Positions 27,477 to 38,283 of a stretch of DNA of 58,706 nt are shown here, piece by piece. The notes below the pieces were generated by a model. That model saw nothing but the letters and a program-made list of their open reading frames with translations, did not search any database and was not told the DNA's origin. A program made the translations under genes and the position numbers. Origin of the DNA: a virus (lineage: Duplodnaviria; Caudoviricetes); the IMG/VR virus record IMGVR_UViG_3300042889_000326, positions 1-58,706 of that record. One strand, 5' to 3'. Numbering within the stretch: the stretch's first letter is position 1; each line of letters begins with the position of its first letter.

Positions 27477-27508
27477 AGCTCATACCTTACTTCTTGAGAG
27501 ATTATAAA

Positions 27509-29539
27509 ATGTCACAAAACGACTTGCTTGCTAAACTCCTAGCTTCTGAAAACATAGATATCATTAGAGGTTCAGTCAAAACTGCATCTTTTGATATTGT
27601 TAATCGTGTTTTAACATTACCACAATGGCAAGATATGACAGATAGTATTGAGCTGATGCTTAAGGCTCATGAGGTTGGTCATTGCTTATATTCCCATATA
27701 GAACTTTTAGATAATGATTCAAAGGTACCTAAATCTTACATCAATGTAGTAGAAGATGTAAGAATTGAAAGAAAAATCAAAATTGCTTTCCCAGGACTTC
27801 GTAAAGATTTCACTCAAGGATATAAAGAGTTAAATGATAGAGATTTCTTTGGAGTAGCTAATACAGACCTAGCAGACTTAAATCTCATTAACAGAATCAA
27901 CTTATACTTTAAAGCAGGATTTTCTTGTGGTGTTAAATTTGACACAGAAGAAATGATATTTGTTGATCGTGCTAAAACTGTTGATTCTATTGCAGATGTA
28001 ATCACATTATCAGAAGATATCTATAAGTTCTCAAAAGATAAACTTGATGATGATAAAGATAAATTAAAAGTCTTAATGGAAGAAGATGGTTATTCAGAAG
28101 CTTCTGATTCATTTGATGAATATGAAGATGATGATTCATATGACGATGAATATAATGATGATGATTCAGAAGAGGATATGTCAGAGGGTTCATCAGGCAA
28201 AGCAAGCGATTCTAAACAAGATCCGGAGTTAGATGTTTCTACTCAAGATAAATTTGACAAGAATCTTAATGAATTAGCAGATACTGAAATCTCTATCATA
28301 AATCATACAACAGATCTTGATTCAAACTTTAAGAATCCAATTATTGGTTATAAGAAAGTAATTGATGATTTATCTAATGCGTATTCCGTTGCTATTAATG
28401 AACGCTATATCAGAGATCAAACAGGAGAAAATAAAATATTCAAGACTGAATCAACTAATTATGTAAACTACTTAGTTAAAGAATTTGAAATGAAGAAGTC
28501 TGCAAGACGTTATGCCAGAACAGTTATTGCTAAGACTGGTCAGCTAAATGTTAACAAGTTATATGCTCATACTATCTCAGATAAGTTATTCAAATCTATT
28601 GCAACAGTTACTGATGATAAGAATCATGGCATGATATTTCTACTAGATTGGTCAGGTTCTATGATAGGTAGAATGGATGATACCCTGAAACAAGTTATAA
28701 ATCTTGCGATGTTTTGCCAAAGATCAGGTATTGCTTATCAAGTGTTAGCATTCACTACTCACTATGATCCAAATCCTGATATCAAACTTAGTAGTACCAT
28801 TATTGGTAATAACTTTAAATTATTAGAATTGTTCTCTAACAAAATGTCTTCATCAGAATTCAACAGAATGACTAATTATGTATTGTCTAATCCTTGGAGA
28901 TATCACCCAAGATATAGACTTGGAAATACACCATTAAATGCTGCGTTGTTCTATATGATAGATTATGTTGGAAAATTTAGTAGAATGAATAACTTAGAAA
29001 AAACTTCTTTAGTTACTTTAACTGATGGTATTAGTCACAAGATATATTTAAACGCAGAAGGAGAGGGGGATTACCTGTCTATCCACAAAATTCGTGATAC
29101 TATAACCAAGAAAGATTATAAAATTGATTGTTATGAGGCAGCAGAACAAACAGATGTCTTGTTAAAAATTATTAAAGATAGATATAACATTCCACTAATT
29201 GGATTCTTTATATCTGGTATTAGTAAAAGACATATCTTTACTTTCATAGAAACTTATATGATGACTGATTCTTATCTATATGACAGGTATTCAAAGATGG
29301 AAGAAAAATACCTAGAAATTAGAAGTAGTATAAGAAAAACTGGGGTATATTCTCATGAGCATTCTGCCTATGACGAATTGTACTTCCTACCAGATTCATC
29401 TAAAAAGGTAGAAAGTTCAGAGCTTGAAATTAAAACTAATATGTCTGCTGCAGGTATGGCAAAGCAGTTTGGCAAGTTTCTAGGCAATCGTAAAACAAGC
29501 AGAGTTGTTCTAGATAAATTTATTAAACAAATTGCTTAA
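27509..29539 (+). CDS. Metallopeptidase-motif plus VWA domain protein (CobT-like partner)
   Basis: HEVGH, NVVEDVRIE, acidic linker, DWSGSM MIDAS, TPL, LTDG. Confidence 0.85.
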   Translation: MSQNDLLAKLLASENIDIIRGSVKTASFDIVNRVLTLPQWQDMTDSIELMLKAHEVGHCLYSHIELLDNDSKVPKSYINVVEDVRIERKIKIAFPGLRKDFTQGYKELNDRDFFGVANTDLADLNLINRINLYFKAGFSCGVKFDTEEMIFVDRAKTVDSIADVITLSEDIYKFSKDKLDDDKDKLKVLMEEDGYSEASDSFDEYEDDDSYDDEYNDDDSEEDMSEGSSGKASDSKQDPELDVSTQDKFDKNLNELADTEISIINHTTDLDSNFKNPIIGYKKVIDDLSNAYSVAINERYIRDQTGENKIFKTESTNYVNYLVKEFEMKKSARRYARTVIAKTGQLNVNKLYAHTISDKLFKSIATVTDDKNHGMIFLLDWSGSMIGRMDDTLKQVINLAMFCQRSGIAYQVLAFTTHYDPNPDIKLSSTIIGNNFKLLELFSNKMSSSEFNRMTNYVLSNPWRYHPRYRLGNTPLNAALFYMIDYVGKFSRMNNLEKTSLVTLTDGISHKIYLNAEGEGDYLSIHKIRDTITKKDYKIDCYEAAEQTDVLLKIIKDRYNIPLIGFFISGISKRHIFTFIETYMMTDSYLYDRYSKMEEKYLEIRSSIRKTGVYSHEHSAYDELYFLPDSSKKVESSELEIKTNMSAAGMAKQFGKFLGNRKTSRVVLDKFIKQIA

Positions 29540-29612
29540 AGTTGTTGACAATGCCATTGTATAGTTTATAATGGCACATACCTTTACAAAACCAACCAAG
29601 AGATTATATATT

Positions 29613-30527
29613 ATGAAAAATGAATTCCTGAAAGTTGTTTCTGATACTTCTGCTTTGATCCCAACAGTAGATAACACATATGTTCCATTTGGCGTACATA
29701 AGGATGTTGAGAAAGTTATCAAGTCTAAGATATTTTACCCAACATACATCTACGGTCCAACTGGTAATGGTAAATCTACTACAGTTGAACAGATCTGTGC
29801 TAAATTGCAAAGACAAGTTATCCGAATCAACTTGAATAGTATGACCGATGAAGATCAGCTAATTGGTACTAAAACACTTACTGATGGTAATGTTGAAGTA
29901 ATTGAAGGTCCAATTGTTCGTGCAATGCGTATGGGATATGTATTGTTACTAGATGAAATTGATGCTGGTAATGCCAACACTCTGCTTTGTTTACAACCTA
30001 TCCTAGAAGGAAAACCATTCTACTTCAAATTGAAGAATGAAATGATTGTCCCAACTGTTGGATTTAACATCTTTGCTACTGCTAACACAAAGGGTAAGGG
30101 TTCTGAAGATGGTCGTTATATCGGAACTAACATTCTAAATGAAGCATTCCTTGAAAGGTTTGCTGTAACAATGGTTCAGGAGTATCCTAGTTCTGCAGTT
30201 GAGTTAAAGATCATCACTAATGTTATGAATCAGTTTGATTGCTATGATGAAGACTTTGCTAAAGATTTGGTACGTTGGGCAGATACAATTCGTAGAACAT
30301 TTGATGATGGTGGTATTGATGAAAACATCACTACCAGAAGACTTATACATATTGTGAAAAGTTTCTCTATCTTTAATGATAAGAAAAAATCAGTTGAATT
30401 GTGTGTAAACAGATTTGATGAATCTACTAGAACAAGTTTTATAGATTTGTTTGATAAGATCATAACTGAAGAAGAAGCAGAAATTATTTATGATGAATAT
30501 AATGACATAGCTGAAAATGTAGGGTAG
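29613..30527 (+). CDS. MoxR/CobS-like AAA+ ATPase
   Basis: GPTGNGKS, LLLDEID, ATANTKG, NEAFLERF; promoter TTGACA at 29545. Confidence 0.9.
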   Translation: MKNEFLKVVSDTSALIPTVDNTYVPFGVHKDVEKVIKSKIFYPTYIYGPTGNGKSTTVEQICAKLQRQVIRINLNSMTDEDQLIGTKTLTDGNVEVIEGPIVRAMRMGYVLLLDEIDAGNANTLLCLQPILEGKPFYFKLKNEMIVPTVGFNIFATANTKGKGSEDGRYIGTNILNEAFLERFAVTMVQEYPSSAVELKIITNVMNQFDCYDEDFAKDLVRWADTIRRTFDDGGIDENITTRRLIHIVKSFSIFNDKKKSVELCVNRFDESTRTSFIDLFDKIITEEEAEIIYDEYNDIAENVG

Positions 30528-30528
30528 T

Positions 30529-30939
30529 ATGATAGACTTATATGGTCAAGAGATAATTTTTGATACTAAATTATGCAGGAAATGTAATTTAGTATTACCT
30601 ATAGAGAATTTTCAAGTTAATAGAAAATTTTATGATAAAACATCAGACGTTAAATATAGAATATTGAGAAGACCTGATTGTGTCTCTTGTAGAAGTATTA
30701 AAGCACCAATTCGTAAAGGAACTAAAAAATTTTATCCTAAACCACTAGCACAGTTCAATTGTCCTATATGTGATAATATAGTTCTAGCAAAAGATGCTAA
30801 ATTAGATCATTGTCATACTAGTGGTAATATAAGAGGATATTTATGTAATGGGTGCAATACTTCTCTTGGTAGTTTTAAAGAATCTGTAGAAGTATTAAAA
30901 AAAGCTATATTGTGGTTACAATTAAATAATGAGGTGTAA
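30529..30939 (+). CDS. Endonuclease VII-family nuclease
   Basis: CPIC, LDHCH, IRGYLCNGCNTSLG. Confidence 0.85.
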   Translation: MIDLYGQEIIFDTKLCRKCNLVLPIENFQVNRKFYDKTSDVKYRILRRPDCVSCRSIKAPIRKGTKKFYPKPLAQFNCPICDNIVLAKDAKLDHCHTSGNIRGYLCNGCNTSLGSFKESVEVLKKAILWLQLNNEV

Positions 30940-31421
30940 TGATGAGTGAAGCATGTAAAGATGAATTGGGTAGAATATTCTACTCAAAAGATCTTCGGGA
31001 TTGTGATAAAGATGAGTATCGTAGGAGGATAGATACAACTATTCCGAAGCCACCTTGGATGGATGCTTCAGTTCCTGCTGAGGTAGAGGTCGAAAAAGGA
31101 AGAAAATTCGATGGCGGTAAATTACAATATGGTTTATTACCACCATTAGCATTAAAAGAAACTGTAAAGGTTTTAACAATAGGGGCAGTAAAGTATGATA
31201 AAAACAATTGGCAAAAGGTGCCAGATGCTCGATCTAGATATTACGATGCTCTGCAACGACATCTTTGGGATTGGTTTGCAGGTGAGCAATATGATCCAGA
31301 AACAGGCATCAACCATTTGGCACATGGCATGTGTAATATCTTGTTCCTTCTGGAACGGGATCTACATACGGAAGAAGAGTGGGTAGAGATAGTCAAAAAA
31401 ACAAAGTTTGAAAAACAATAG
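30939..31421 (+). CDS. dATP/dGTP diphosphohydrolase (DUF5664-like)
   Basis: GRKFDGGK, GAVKY..NNW, DALQRH, DPETGINHLAH. Confidence 0.85.
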   Translation: MMSEACKDELGRIFYSKDLRDCDKDEYRRRIDTTIPKPPWMDASVPAEVEVEKGRKFDGGKLQYGLLPPLALKETVKVLTIGAVKYDKNNWQKVPDARSRYYDALQRHLWDWFAGEQYDPETGINHLAHGMCNILFLLERDLHTEEEWVEIVKKTKFEKQ

Positions 31422-31461
31422 CACTTGTGTTATAATATTATATTATTGAAAAGGAAATGAA

Positions 31462-32121
31462 ATGAATCTATCTAAAGAAACAATTAACATATTAAAGAAC
31501 TACAGCACTATTTCACCAAACATTCTAATCCAAGAAGGTAGTGTACTAAAAACCAAATCTGTTCAGAATACTATCTTTTCATCTGTAACATTACATGATG
31601 TATTCCCATTGGATTTTGGTATATATGATCTTACTGAATTTCTTGGAGTATTAACTCTATTCAACAATCCCGATTTAGAGTTTAATGATAAGTTTGTAAG
31701 GATTTCAGAAGGAAGTACTTCTATCAAGTATTTTTCTGCAGATCCTTCAGTCCTTTCATATCCTAAGCAAGATGTAATATTTCCATCTGCTGACGTATCA
31801 TTTCTATTGAGCGCAGAAACACTATCATTGATTAGTAAAACAGCATCTGTTTTAAGAGTTCCTGATATTTCTTTTGTTGGTTCTGATGATATTTTGAATC
31901 TTATTGTTACTGATAAAAAGAATCCAACTAGTAATGCATTTGAAGTTAAGATTGGTGAAACTGATTCTAGTTTTCATATCAACTTTAAAATTGAAATGAT
32001 GAAGTTTATCAACAGCGATTATCAGGTAGAAATTTCATCTAAGAAGATTGCAAAATTTACTGCATCTAACTCAGATCTTCAGTATTTTGTTGGAGTGGAA
32101 GCAGATTCTACATTTGAGTGA
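31462..32121 (+). CDS. gp45: Sliding clamp
   Basis: LSKETINILKN, FGIYDL.EFL; promoter TTGAAA-17-TATAAT at 31408. Confidence 0.95.
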   Translation: MNLSKETINILKNYSTISPNILIQEGSVLKTKSVQNTIFSSVTLHDVFPLDFGIYDLTEFLGVLTLFNNPDLEFNDKFVRISEGSTSIKYFSADPSVLSYPKQDVIFPSADVSFLLSAETLSLISKTASVLRVPDISFVGSDDILNLIVTDKKNPTSNAFEVKIGETDSSFHINFKIEMMKFINSDYQVEISSKKIAKFTASNSDLQYFVGVEADSTFE

Positions 32122-32123
32122 TT

Positions 32124-33077
32124 ATGAATATTAATGAAAGACAATTTTTATGGTGTGAAAAGTACAGACCTACAACTATTGACGAATGTGTTCTTCCAGA
32201 TTCTTTAAAGAACACATTCAAAGAGTTTATACAGTCTGGACAAGTCCCAAACTTTCTTTTTTCTGGAACAGCTGGTGTAGGTAAAACTACAGTAGCTAAA
32301 GCATTATGTAATGAGATTGGTGCAGAATATCTCATTTTAAATGGTTCTGATGAAGGAAGATATATTGATATATTAAGAGATAAAGTAAAGAGTTTTGCAT
32401 CTACTGTATCATTAACAAGTGCAAGAAAGGTTATCATTATTGATGAAGCTGATTATCTAAATCCTCAATCTGTTCAACCTTTCCTTCGCAATTTTATGGA
32501 AGAGTTTAGTGAAAACTGTAGGTTTATATTAACATGTAACTTTAAGAATCGTATCATAGAACCTCTACATAGTAGATGTACTTGTATTGAATTTAAGATT
32601 GATTCTAAAGACACACAAAGAATATCAGCATTGTTTTGTAAACGTATTTTTAATATTCTAAAAGTAGAAAATATTGAATATGATACTAAGGTTATTGTTG
32701 AATTAATAAAGAAACATTTTCCAGATTATAGAAGAATCTTAAATGAACTACAGAGGTATTCTGTTTCTGGTAAAATTGATTCTGGTATATTAGTAACTGC
32801 TAATGCAAGCACAATAGATCCATTATTGGATGCTTTAAGAGATAATAAATTTTCAGCTGTAAGATTGTGGGTTGGTTCTAATACTGATATTGATACATCT
32901 GAATTATTTAGAGTTCTTTATGATAGAGCAGATGATTATCTTGTGCAAGATAGTATAGCGGGGATGATAATAATCCTTGCAGATTATCAACATCGTGCTG
33001 CATTTGTCAATGATGCTGAGATAAACATTATGGCGGCATTAGTAGAATTAATGACTTCATGTAAGTTTAAAGGATAG
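32124..33077 (+). CDS. gp44: Clamp loader large subunit
   Basis: EKYRP, GTAGVGKTT, DEAD, SRC. Confidence 0.96.
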   Translation: MNINERQFLWCEKYRPTTIDECVLPDSLKNTFKEFIQSGQVPNFLFSGTAGVGKTTVAKALCNEIGAEYLILNGSDEGRYIDILRDKVKSFASTVSLTSARKVIIIDEADYLNPQSVQPFLRNFMEEFSENCRFILTCNFKNRIIEPLHSRCTCIEFKIDSKDTQRISALFCKRIFNILKVENIEYDTKVIVELIKKHFPDYRRILNELQRYSVSGKIDSGILVTANASTIDPLLDALRDNKFSAVRLWVGSNTDIDTSELFRVLYDRADDYLVQDSIAGMIIILADYQHRAAFVNDAEINIMAALVELMTSCKFKG

Positions 33078-33079
33078 AT

Positions 33080-33475
33080 ATGAATCCATTTGATTTTATT
33101 AGTGCTATATCTTATACCAAAGAAGATTTGTTTAAAGATCCACAAGCTAATAAGGATTATGATGCATTCATGGTCAATAGAGGTTTATCATATTTTGTAG
33201 ACACCTTATTTTATGCAAATAAAATGAACCAGTATCAAAATATGGGTAATGACCAGCAGTTTAAATTTTTACTAAATAGTTGTAGCAAGAAAAAAAGATT
33301 TTCAAAGTGGGCTAAAAAGTCTCTTGAGAATTATGATTTAGAAGCGATTTGTTCATATTATGGCTATTCAAAGAGATTAGCTAAAACTATGATAAATACG
33401 TTTACTGAAGAACAGCTACAACTAATTCGTGATAAATTTAATAAAGGTGGTAATACTGATGGGGGCACATATTGA
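33080..33475 (+). CDS. gp62: Clamp loader small subunit
   Basis: FMVNRGLS, KKRFSKW, YYGYS; synteny. Confidence 0.92.
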   Translation: MNPFDFISAISYTKEDLFKDPQANKDYDAFMVNRGLSYFVDTLFYANKMNQYQNMGNDQQFKFLLNSCSKKKRFSKWAKKSLENYDLEAICSYYGYSKRLAKTMINTFTEEQLQLIRDKFNKGGNTDGGTY

Positions 33476-33899
33476 TTTGACTATTGATTCTATGTTAGAA
33501 ATAATAATACCAGAACCAGATAGTTTTTTAAAAATAAAAGAAACTTTAACTAGGATAGGTATTGCTTCTAACAAGGAAAATATATTATATCAATCGTGTC
33601 ATATTTTGCATAAACAAGGCAGATATTACTTAACACATTTTAAGGAATTATATGCCTTGGATGGTAATGAGACCAGTATAACAGAAAGTGATATTGAACG
33701 TAGAAATACCATTGCAATGCTACTTCAAGATTGGGGTCTTTTGAAAGTAGTAGATCCTTCTAAAACAGAAAACAGAACATCATTATCTTCTATTAAGATT
33801 CTAACATTTAGTGAGAAGCCTAATTGGATTTTGTCTGCTAAATATAGCATTGGTATTCGTAAAACAAAGATTATTAAAAACTCTAGGATTGAGGCATAA
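33459..33899 (+). CDS. regA: Translational repressor RegA
   Basis: FLKIKETLTRIG, QSCHILHKQGRYY..HFKEL. Confidence 0.95.
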   Translation: MGAHIDLTIDSMLEIIIPEPDSFLKIKETLTRIGIASNKENILYQSCHILHKQGRYYLTHFKELYALDGNETSITESDIERRNTIAMLLQDWGLLKVVDPSKTENRTSLSSIKILTFSEKPNWILSAKYSIGIRKTKIIKNSRIEA

Positions 33900-33983
33900 A
33901 GGAATTGCATGGAGCACCTATTCTTGTGTAATGCAAGATTTTAACGATGCCTAGTGCATTATTTTTATACCATTGGAGATATT

Positions 33984-34163
33984 ATGGAAAACCCAGAAAT
34001 TAAAATTGAATTAACTTTGAATGAAATCAATATGATCTTAGCCTCTTTAGGTAAGCACCCTTTCGATGAAATATCACAGTTAATTGGAAAAATCAGAGAA
34101 CAAGGTGAAGCACAGATTCAAGCACTTCAAGCACAACCCTCAGAAGAAGCAACAGAAGAGTAA
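33984..34163 (+). CDS. Hypothetical protein
   Basis: GGAG RBS before ATG 33984. Confidence 0.7.
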   Translation: MENPEIKIELTLNEINMILASLGKHPFDEISQLIGKIREQGEAQIQALQAQPSEEATEE

Positions 34164-34257
34164 GTACATTTGCGTGGGGAGAGCAATTTAAAAATTCCCC
34201 ATTTACCGTTACGCCTTCGGGGTAATAAACTTAACTCTCGCATAATTGGAGAAAAAT

Positions 34258-34746
34258 ATGACAACACAACAATTCAGATTTAATTCTATCAATAAATTTC
34301 CTAATATGATGGATCAGGATATGCTCAAATTCTTTATTGGATTTGATGCAGAAAATGAATCTATTAGAAAATCTAATGAGGCAATTTCAAGAAATCATTC
34401 AAACTATCCGCCTTATAATATTAGACAGTTTGGGGATACTAAATACATGATTGAACTTGCTGTCGCTGGTTTTAAAAAGGAAAATCTTGATATAGAATTG
34501 TTAAACAGGAATATTACTATTACTGGTAAAGCAACTGAAGAAGATGATGGGTGGATTGACACGCATAAAGGTTTAGCATCAAGAGCATTTACACGAGTTT
34601 TTAGTATAGCAGAACATGTAGAGATTTCTGATGTAGTATTACAAGATGGTTTATTGAAGATATATCTTGCACACATTATCCCAGAGTCGCACAAACCAAG
34701 GAAATTGGAAATCAATTCTCCGCACAATAAAATCCTTCTGGGATAA
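34258..34746 (+). CDS. Small heat shock protein Hsp20
   Basis: NYPPYNI, ELAVAGF, GLASRAFTR, DGLL. Confidence 0.93.
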   Translation: MTTQQFRFNSINKFPNMMDQDMLKFFIGFDAENESIRKSNEAISRNHSNYPPYNIRQFGDTKYMIELAVAGFKKENLDIELLNRNITITGKATEEDDGWIDTHKGLASRAFTRVFSIAEHVEISDVVLQDGLLKIYLAHIIPESHKPRKLEINSPHNKILLG

Positions 34747-34753
34747 ACTTTTA

Positions 34754-34782
34754 GGGGAAGGTAAAATCTTCCCCATTTTTTT
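34754..34782 (+). terminator. Rho-independent terminator
   Basis: GGGGAAG/CTTCCCC plus T run. Confidence 0.85.
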
Positions 34783-34796
34783 AAGGTAAATATAAT

Positions 34797-35096
34797 ATGA
34801 CTACAAAATGTTTCAAAATAGTAAGTGGGGAAGAATTACTGGCAGATATTGTTGACGAAGATGCCTTTCGTTATGTAATAACAAATCCTGCTCAAATTGC
34901 AATCCAACCAAAAGAAGATGGTACTATGGGTTTAATGATCGCACAGTATATGCCATACTCTGAGGGTGATGTTATACTTTTCAAATCTGCTATTGTATCT
35001 ATCGGCACTCCTGCTGAAGGATTAGTCTTAGAATATCAATCAAGATTTCAAGAAGCATCTTTAATAGAAGTTCCAAGTAAAAAAATAATCATATAA
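34797..35096 (+). CDS. Conserved T4-like hypothetical protein
   Basis: KIVSGEELLA pattern; position between hsp20 and polymerase. Confidence 0.75.
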   Translation: MTTKCFKIVSGEELLADIVDEDAFRYVITNPAQIAIQPKEDGTMGLMIAQYMPYSEGDVILFKSAIVSIGTPAEGLVLEYQSRFQEASLIEVPSKKIII

Positions 35097-35158
35097 TATA
35101 AATGCTTGATATTCTCTTGAGTATCAAGTATAATATCCTTTTGTTATGGAGAAATGTT

Positions 35159-35719
35159 ATGTATGTTTTTGATATTGAAACCTTAGATGTTGAATCTACC
35201 TCTGTAGTATTGTCATTAGCTATAGTCTATTTTGATGATACATCAACCTACCAAAGTTTACTAGATGAATGTCTTTTTGTTAAATTTGACGCTAGAGAAC
35301 AACTAAAAAATTATAAAAGAACAATTTCCAAATCTACTTTAGAATGGTGGGAAAAACAAACCGATCATGCTAAACAAATAAGTTTCTTTCCTTCTAAAGA
35401 TGACCTTCCAGCAATAGAAGGTTTACAAAAAATAAGAAGTTATCTGAGGCGAAAATCAAATGAAAAAACAATTATATGGTCAAGAGGATCAATAGATTCT
35501 GTTATTATGGATTCTTTATGTAAAGCCGTTGGTGTGAAACCTCTAGTATATTACAATCAACATAGAGAAATTAGAACTGCTTTAGATATAATGGCAACAA
35601 CTACAGTGAATGGTTATTGCAAAGTTAGTTTAGAAGGGTTTTCAAAAGATATGGTTAAAAAGCACGATCCTGTTCATGATGTGTGTTATGATGCTGTACA
35701 GTTGTTATATTTTATTTGA
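35159..35719 (+). CDS. DEDDh 3'-5' exonuclease (DexA-like)
   Basis: FDIETL, TLEWW, WSRG, HDPVHD; promoter at 35106. Confidence 0.85.
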   Translation: MYVFDIETLDVESTSVVLSLAIVYFDDTSTYQSLLDECLFVKFDAREQLKNYKRTISKSTLEWWEKQTDHAKQISFFPSKDDLPAIEGLQKIRSYLRRKSNEKTIIWSRGSIDSVIMDSLCKAVGVKPLVYYNQHREIRTALDIMATTTVNGYCKVSLEGFSKDMVKKHDPVHDVCYDAVQLLYFI

Positions 35720-35734
35720 TATTATGGAATCGTT

Positions 35735-38230
35735 ATGGAAAAAAGCTTTTACACTTCAGTTGTACAACTCGGAAATAAATTACTAGTAAGATCTATTAGA
35801 GATGGGATGCCACAAAAACAGAAGATATCATATCAACCAACTCTGTTTACTAATACGAAACCAAAAAATGCTATTGATACCGAATGGAATACCTTATATG
35901 GTGTTCCTGCATATGAAATGAACCCTGGTGATATAAATGATTGTAAAGACTTTATCAAAACATACGAAGATGTTAAATCGTTTAATATTTTTGGGCAGAC
36001 TAATTATGCTCTGCAGTATATCTCTGATACTCATCCTGATGATATTGTATTTGATTCCGAGTTTCTAAAGATAGTTTCTATAGATATTGAAACTGCAACA
36101 GAAGCAGATGCCTTTCCAGAACCAAAATTTGCTGCAGAAGAAATCCTCCTAATCACAATCCAAGATAACAAGTCTAAAGAGTTCAAGACATTTGGTTCAA
36201 GACCTTATATAGGAAAGAATCAAAACAATTATGTCTTATGTAATAATGAGAAAGAACTATTAAGAAAGTTTCTAACACATTGGCAAAGTTCAACACCAGA
36301 TATTATTACAGGTTGGAATACTGACCTTTTTGATATTCCATATCTTGTTAATCGTATTAAGAAAGTTCTTGGGGATGACTATAAAAAATTATCTCCTTGG
36401 AACATCATCAACGAAAAGAAAACTAATGTACGTGGAACAGAAGAATTGATGTTTGATATTGTAGGTATATCATCATTAGATTATTATGCATTGTATAAAA
36501 AGTATACGTACACAACACAAGAATCATATAAGTTAGATCATATTGCTTTTATAGAATTGGCAGAGAAGAAATTAGACCATAGTCAATATGCTTCATTCAA
36601 AGAGTTCTATCAGAAAGATTGGCAAACCTTTGTGGATTATAACGTAAAAGATGTTGATCTAGTAGATAAGTTAGAAGATAAATTGCGATTGATTGAACTT
36701 CATTTGACCATGGCATATACTGCCAAAATTAACTATAATGATGCATTTAGTCCAGTAAAGTTATGGGATGCTATTATCTATAACGATTTGCTTAAAAAGA
36801 ATATTGTTATTCCCAATAGCACACATCATTCAAAAGGTGAAGCATTTGAGGGGGCTTATGTTAAAGACCCACTGAAAGGTATGCATAAGTGGGTAGCATC
36901 ATTTGACCTTGCCAGTTTATATCCTCATTTAATAATGCAGTATAATATTAGTCCTGAAACCATTACTAATACAAGACTAGAACTTTCTATTGATGGATTG
37001 CTTAATAAAAATCCAATACCAGAGACTGGATTATCTGTATCTGCAAATGGTTGGTGTTATACAAAAGATAAACAAGGGTTTCTTCCTAGTTTAATGCAAA
37101 CAATGTATACCGATAGAACTGTACATAAGAAAGCAATGCTTAAATGTGAGCAAGAATACGAACAAGACAAATCTAAGAAGCATTTATTGAAAGATATTTC
37201 TAGATTGACCAACCTACAAATGGCATTGAAGATTGCTTTGAACTCTGCTTATGGTGCTTTAGGTAGTCCATACTTTAGATATTATGATTTGAGAATGGCA
37301 GAAAGTATTACATTATCTGGACAACTCTCTATCAAATGGATTGCTAATGCTATTAACAGATACATGAATAAAGCATTAAGAACTAATGATAAAGATTATA
37401 TTATTGCTATTGATACTGATTCTGTTTATCTTTCATTGGAGAAATTAGTAGAAGAACACCTGCCAAAGAAAACTACTGAAGAAAAGATACAATTCATGGA
37501 TAAGTTCTGTGGACAAATTATGACACCTTTCATTGAAAAGTCTTATGCGGATCTGGCAATTTATATGAATGCATTTCAAAATAAGATGCAGATGAAACGA
37601 GAAGTTCTTGCTGACAAAGGCATCTGGTGCAAAAAGAAAAAGTATGTATTACGAGTACATAATTCCGAGGGTGTTCAATATGATCAACCTAAACTTAAAG
37701 TTATGGGGTTAGAGATAGTTAAATCATCTACACCAAGTGCTATTCGCGATAAGTTGAAATCAACTTTAGGTGTTATTCTAGATGGTACAAATGCAGATTT
37801 AATACAATTTGTAGATTCTGCTAAAAGAGAATTTCTACAAATCCCATTAGAAGAAATAGCATTTCCTAGAGGAGTGAATGGTGTTTATGAATATAGTAGT
37901 AATGCTACTATTTACACTAAAGGGTGTCCTATTCATGTGAGAGGTGCATTATTATATAATCATCTTATAAAGAAATTGGATTTGTCTCATAAGTATCAAC
38001 CAATAAAATCTGGTGATAAAATAAAATTTATATACCTTAAGAAACCAAATACTATCAAGGAAAATGTTATAGCATTTCCAAATGAGTTACCTGTTGAATT
38101 TGGTCTTCACAAGTATATTGATTATGACTTACAATTTGAAAAGGTGTTTGTTGATGCACTTGATAATATTATTGAACCAATTGGTTGGTCACTTGTAGAA
38201 AGAGCAACCTTAGATGCATTTTTTGGATAG
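35735..38230 (+). CDS. gp43: Family B DNA polymerase
   Basis: DIET, FDLASLYPH, KIALNSAYG, IDTDS. Confidence 0.98.
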   Translation: MEKSFYTSVVQLGNKLLVRSIRDGMPQKQKISYQPTLFTNTKPKNAIDTEWNTLYGVPAYEMNPGDINDCKDFIKTYEDVKSFNIFGQTNYALQYISDTHPDDIVFDSEFLKIVSIDIETATEADAFPEPKFAAEEILLITIQDNKSKEFKTFGSRPYIGKNQNNYVLCNNEKELLRKFLTHWQSSTPDIITGWNTDLFDIPYLVNRIKKVLGDDYKKLSPWNIINEKKTNVRGTEELMFDIVGISSLDYYALYKKYTYTTQESYKLDHIAFIELAEKKLDHSQYASFKEFYQKDWQTFVDYNVKDVDLVDKLEDKLRLIELHLTMAYTAKINYNDAFSPVKLWDAIIYNDLLKKNIVIPNSTHHSKGEAFEGAYVKDPLKGMHKWVASFDLASLYPHLIMQYNISPETITNTRLELSIDGLLNKNPIPETGLSVSANGWCYTKDKQGFLPSLMQTMYTDRTVHKKAMLKCEQEYEQDKSKKHLLKDISRLTNLQMALKIALNSAYGALGSPYFRYYDLRMAESITLSGQLSIKWIANAINRYMNKALRTNDKDYIIAIDTDSVYLSLEKLVEEHLPKKTTEEKIQFMDKFCGQIMTPFIEKSYADLAIYMNAFQNKMQMKREVLADKGIWCKKKKYVLRVHNSEGVQYDQPKLKVMGLEIVKSSTPSAIRDKLKSTLGVILDGTNADLIQFVDSAKREFLQIPLEEIAFPRGVNGVYEYSSNATIYTKGCPIHVRGALLYNHLIKKLDLSHKYQPIKSGDKIKFIYLKKPNTIKENVIAFPNELPVEFGLHKYIDYDLQFEKVFVDALDNIIEPIGWSLVERATLDAFFG

Positions 38231-38283
38231 TTTGCACAACAATAAATTTTGTAGTATAATATGTTTTTAACTGAGGATAAATT

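Noticed and set aside
27509-30527. Cobalamin synthesis auxiliary genes (cobT/cobS)
   Set aside because: The VWA plus MoxR AAA pair is common in T4-like phages, and no other cob genes are present.
30939-31421. Z-genome or other base-modification pathway
   Set aside because: DUF5664-like and MazG-like genes alone are common; no PurZ or modification enzymes are in this window.
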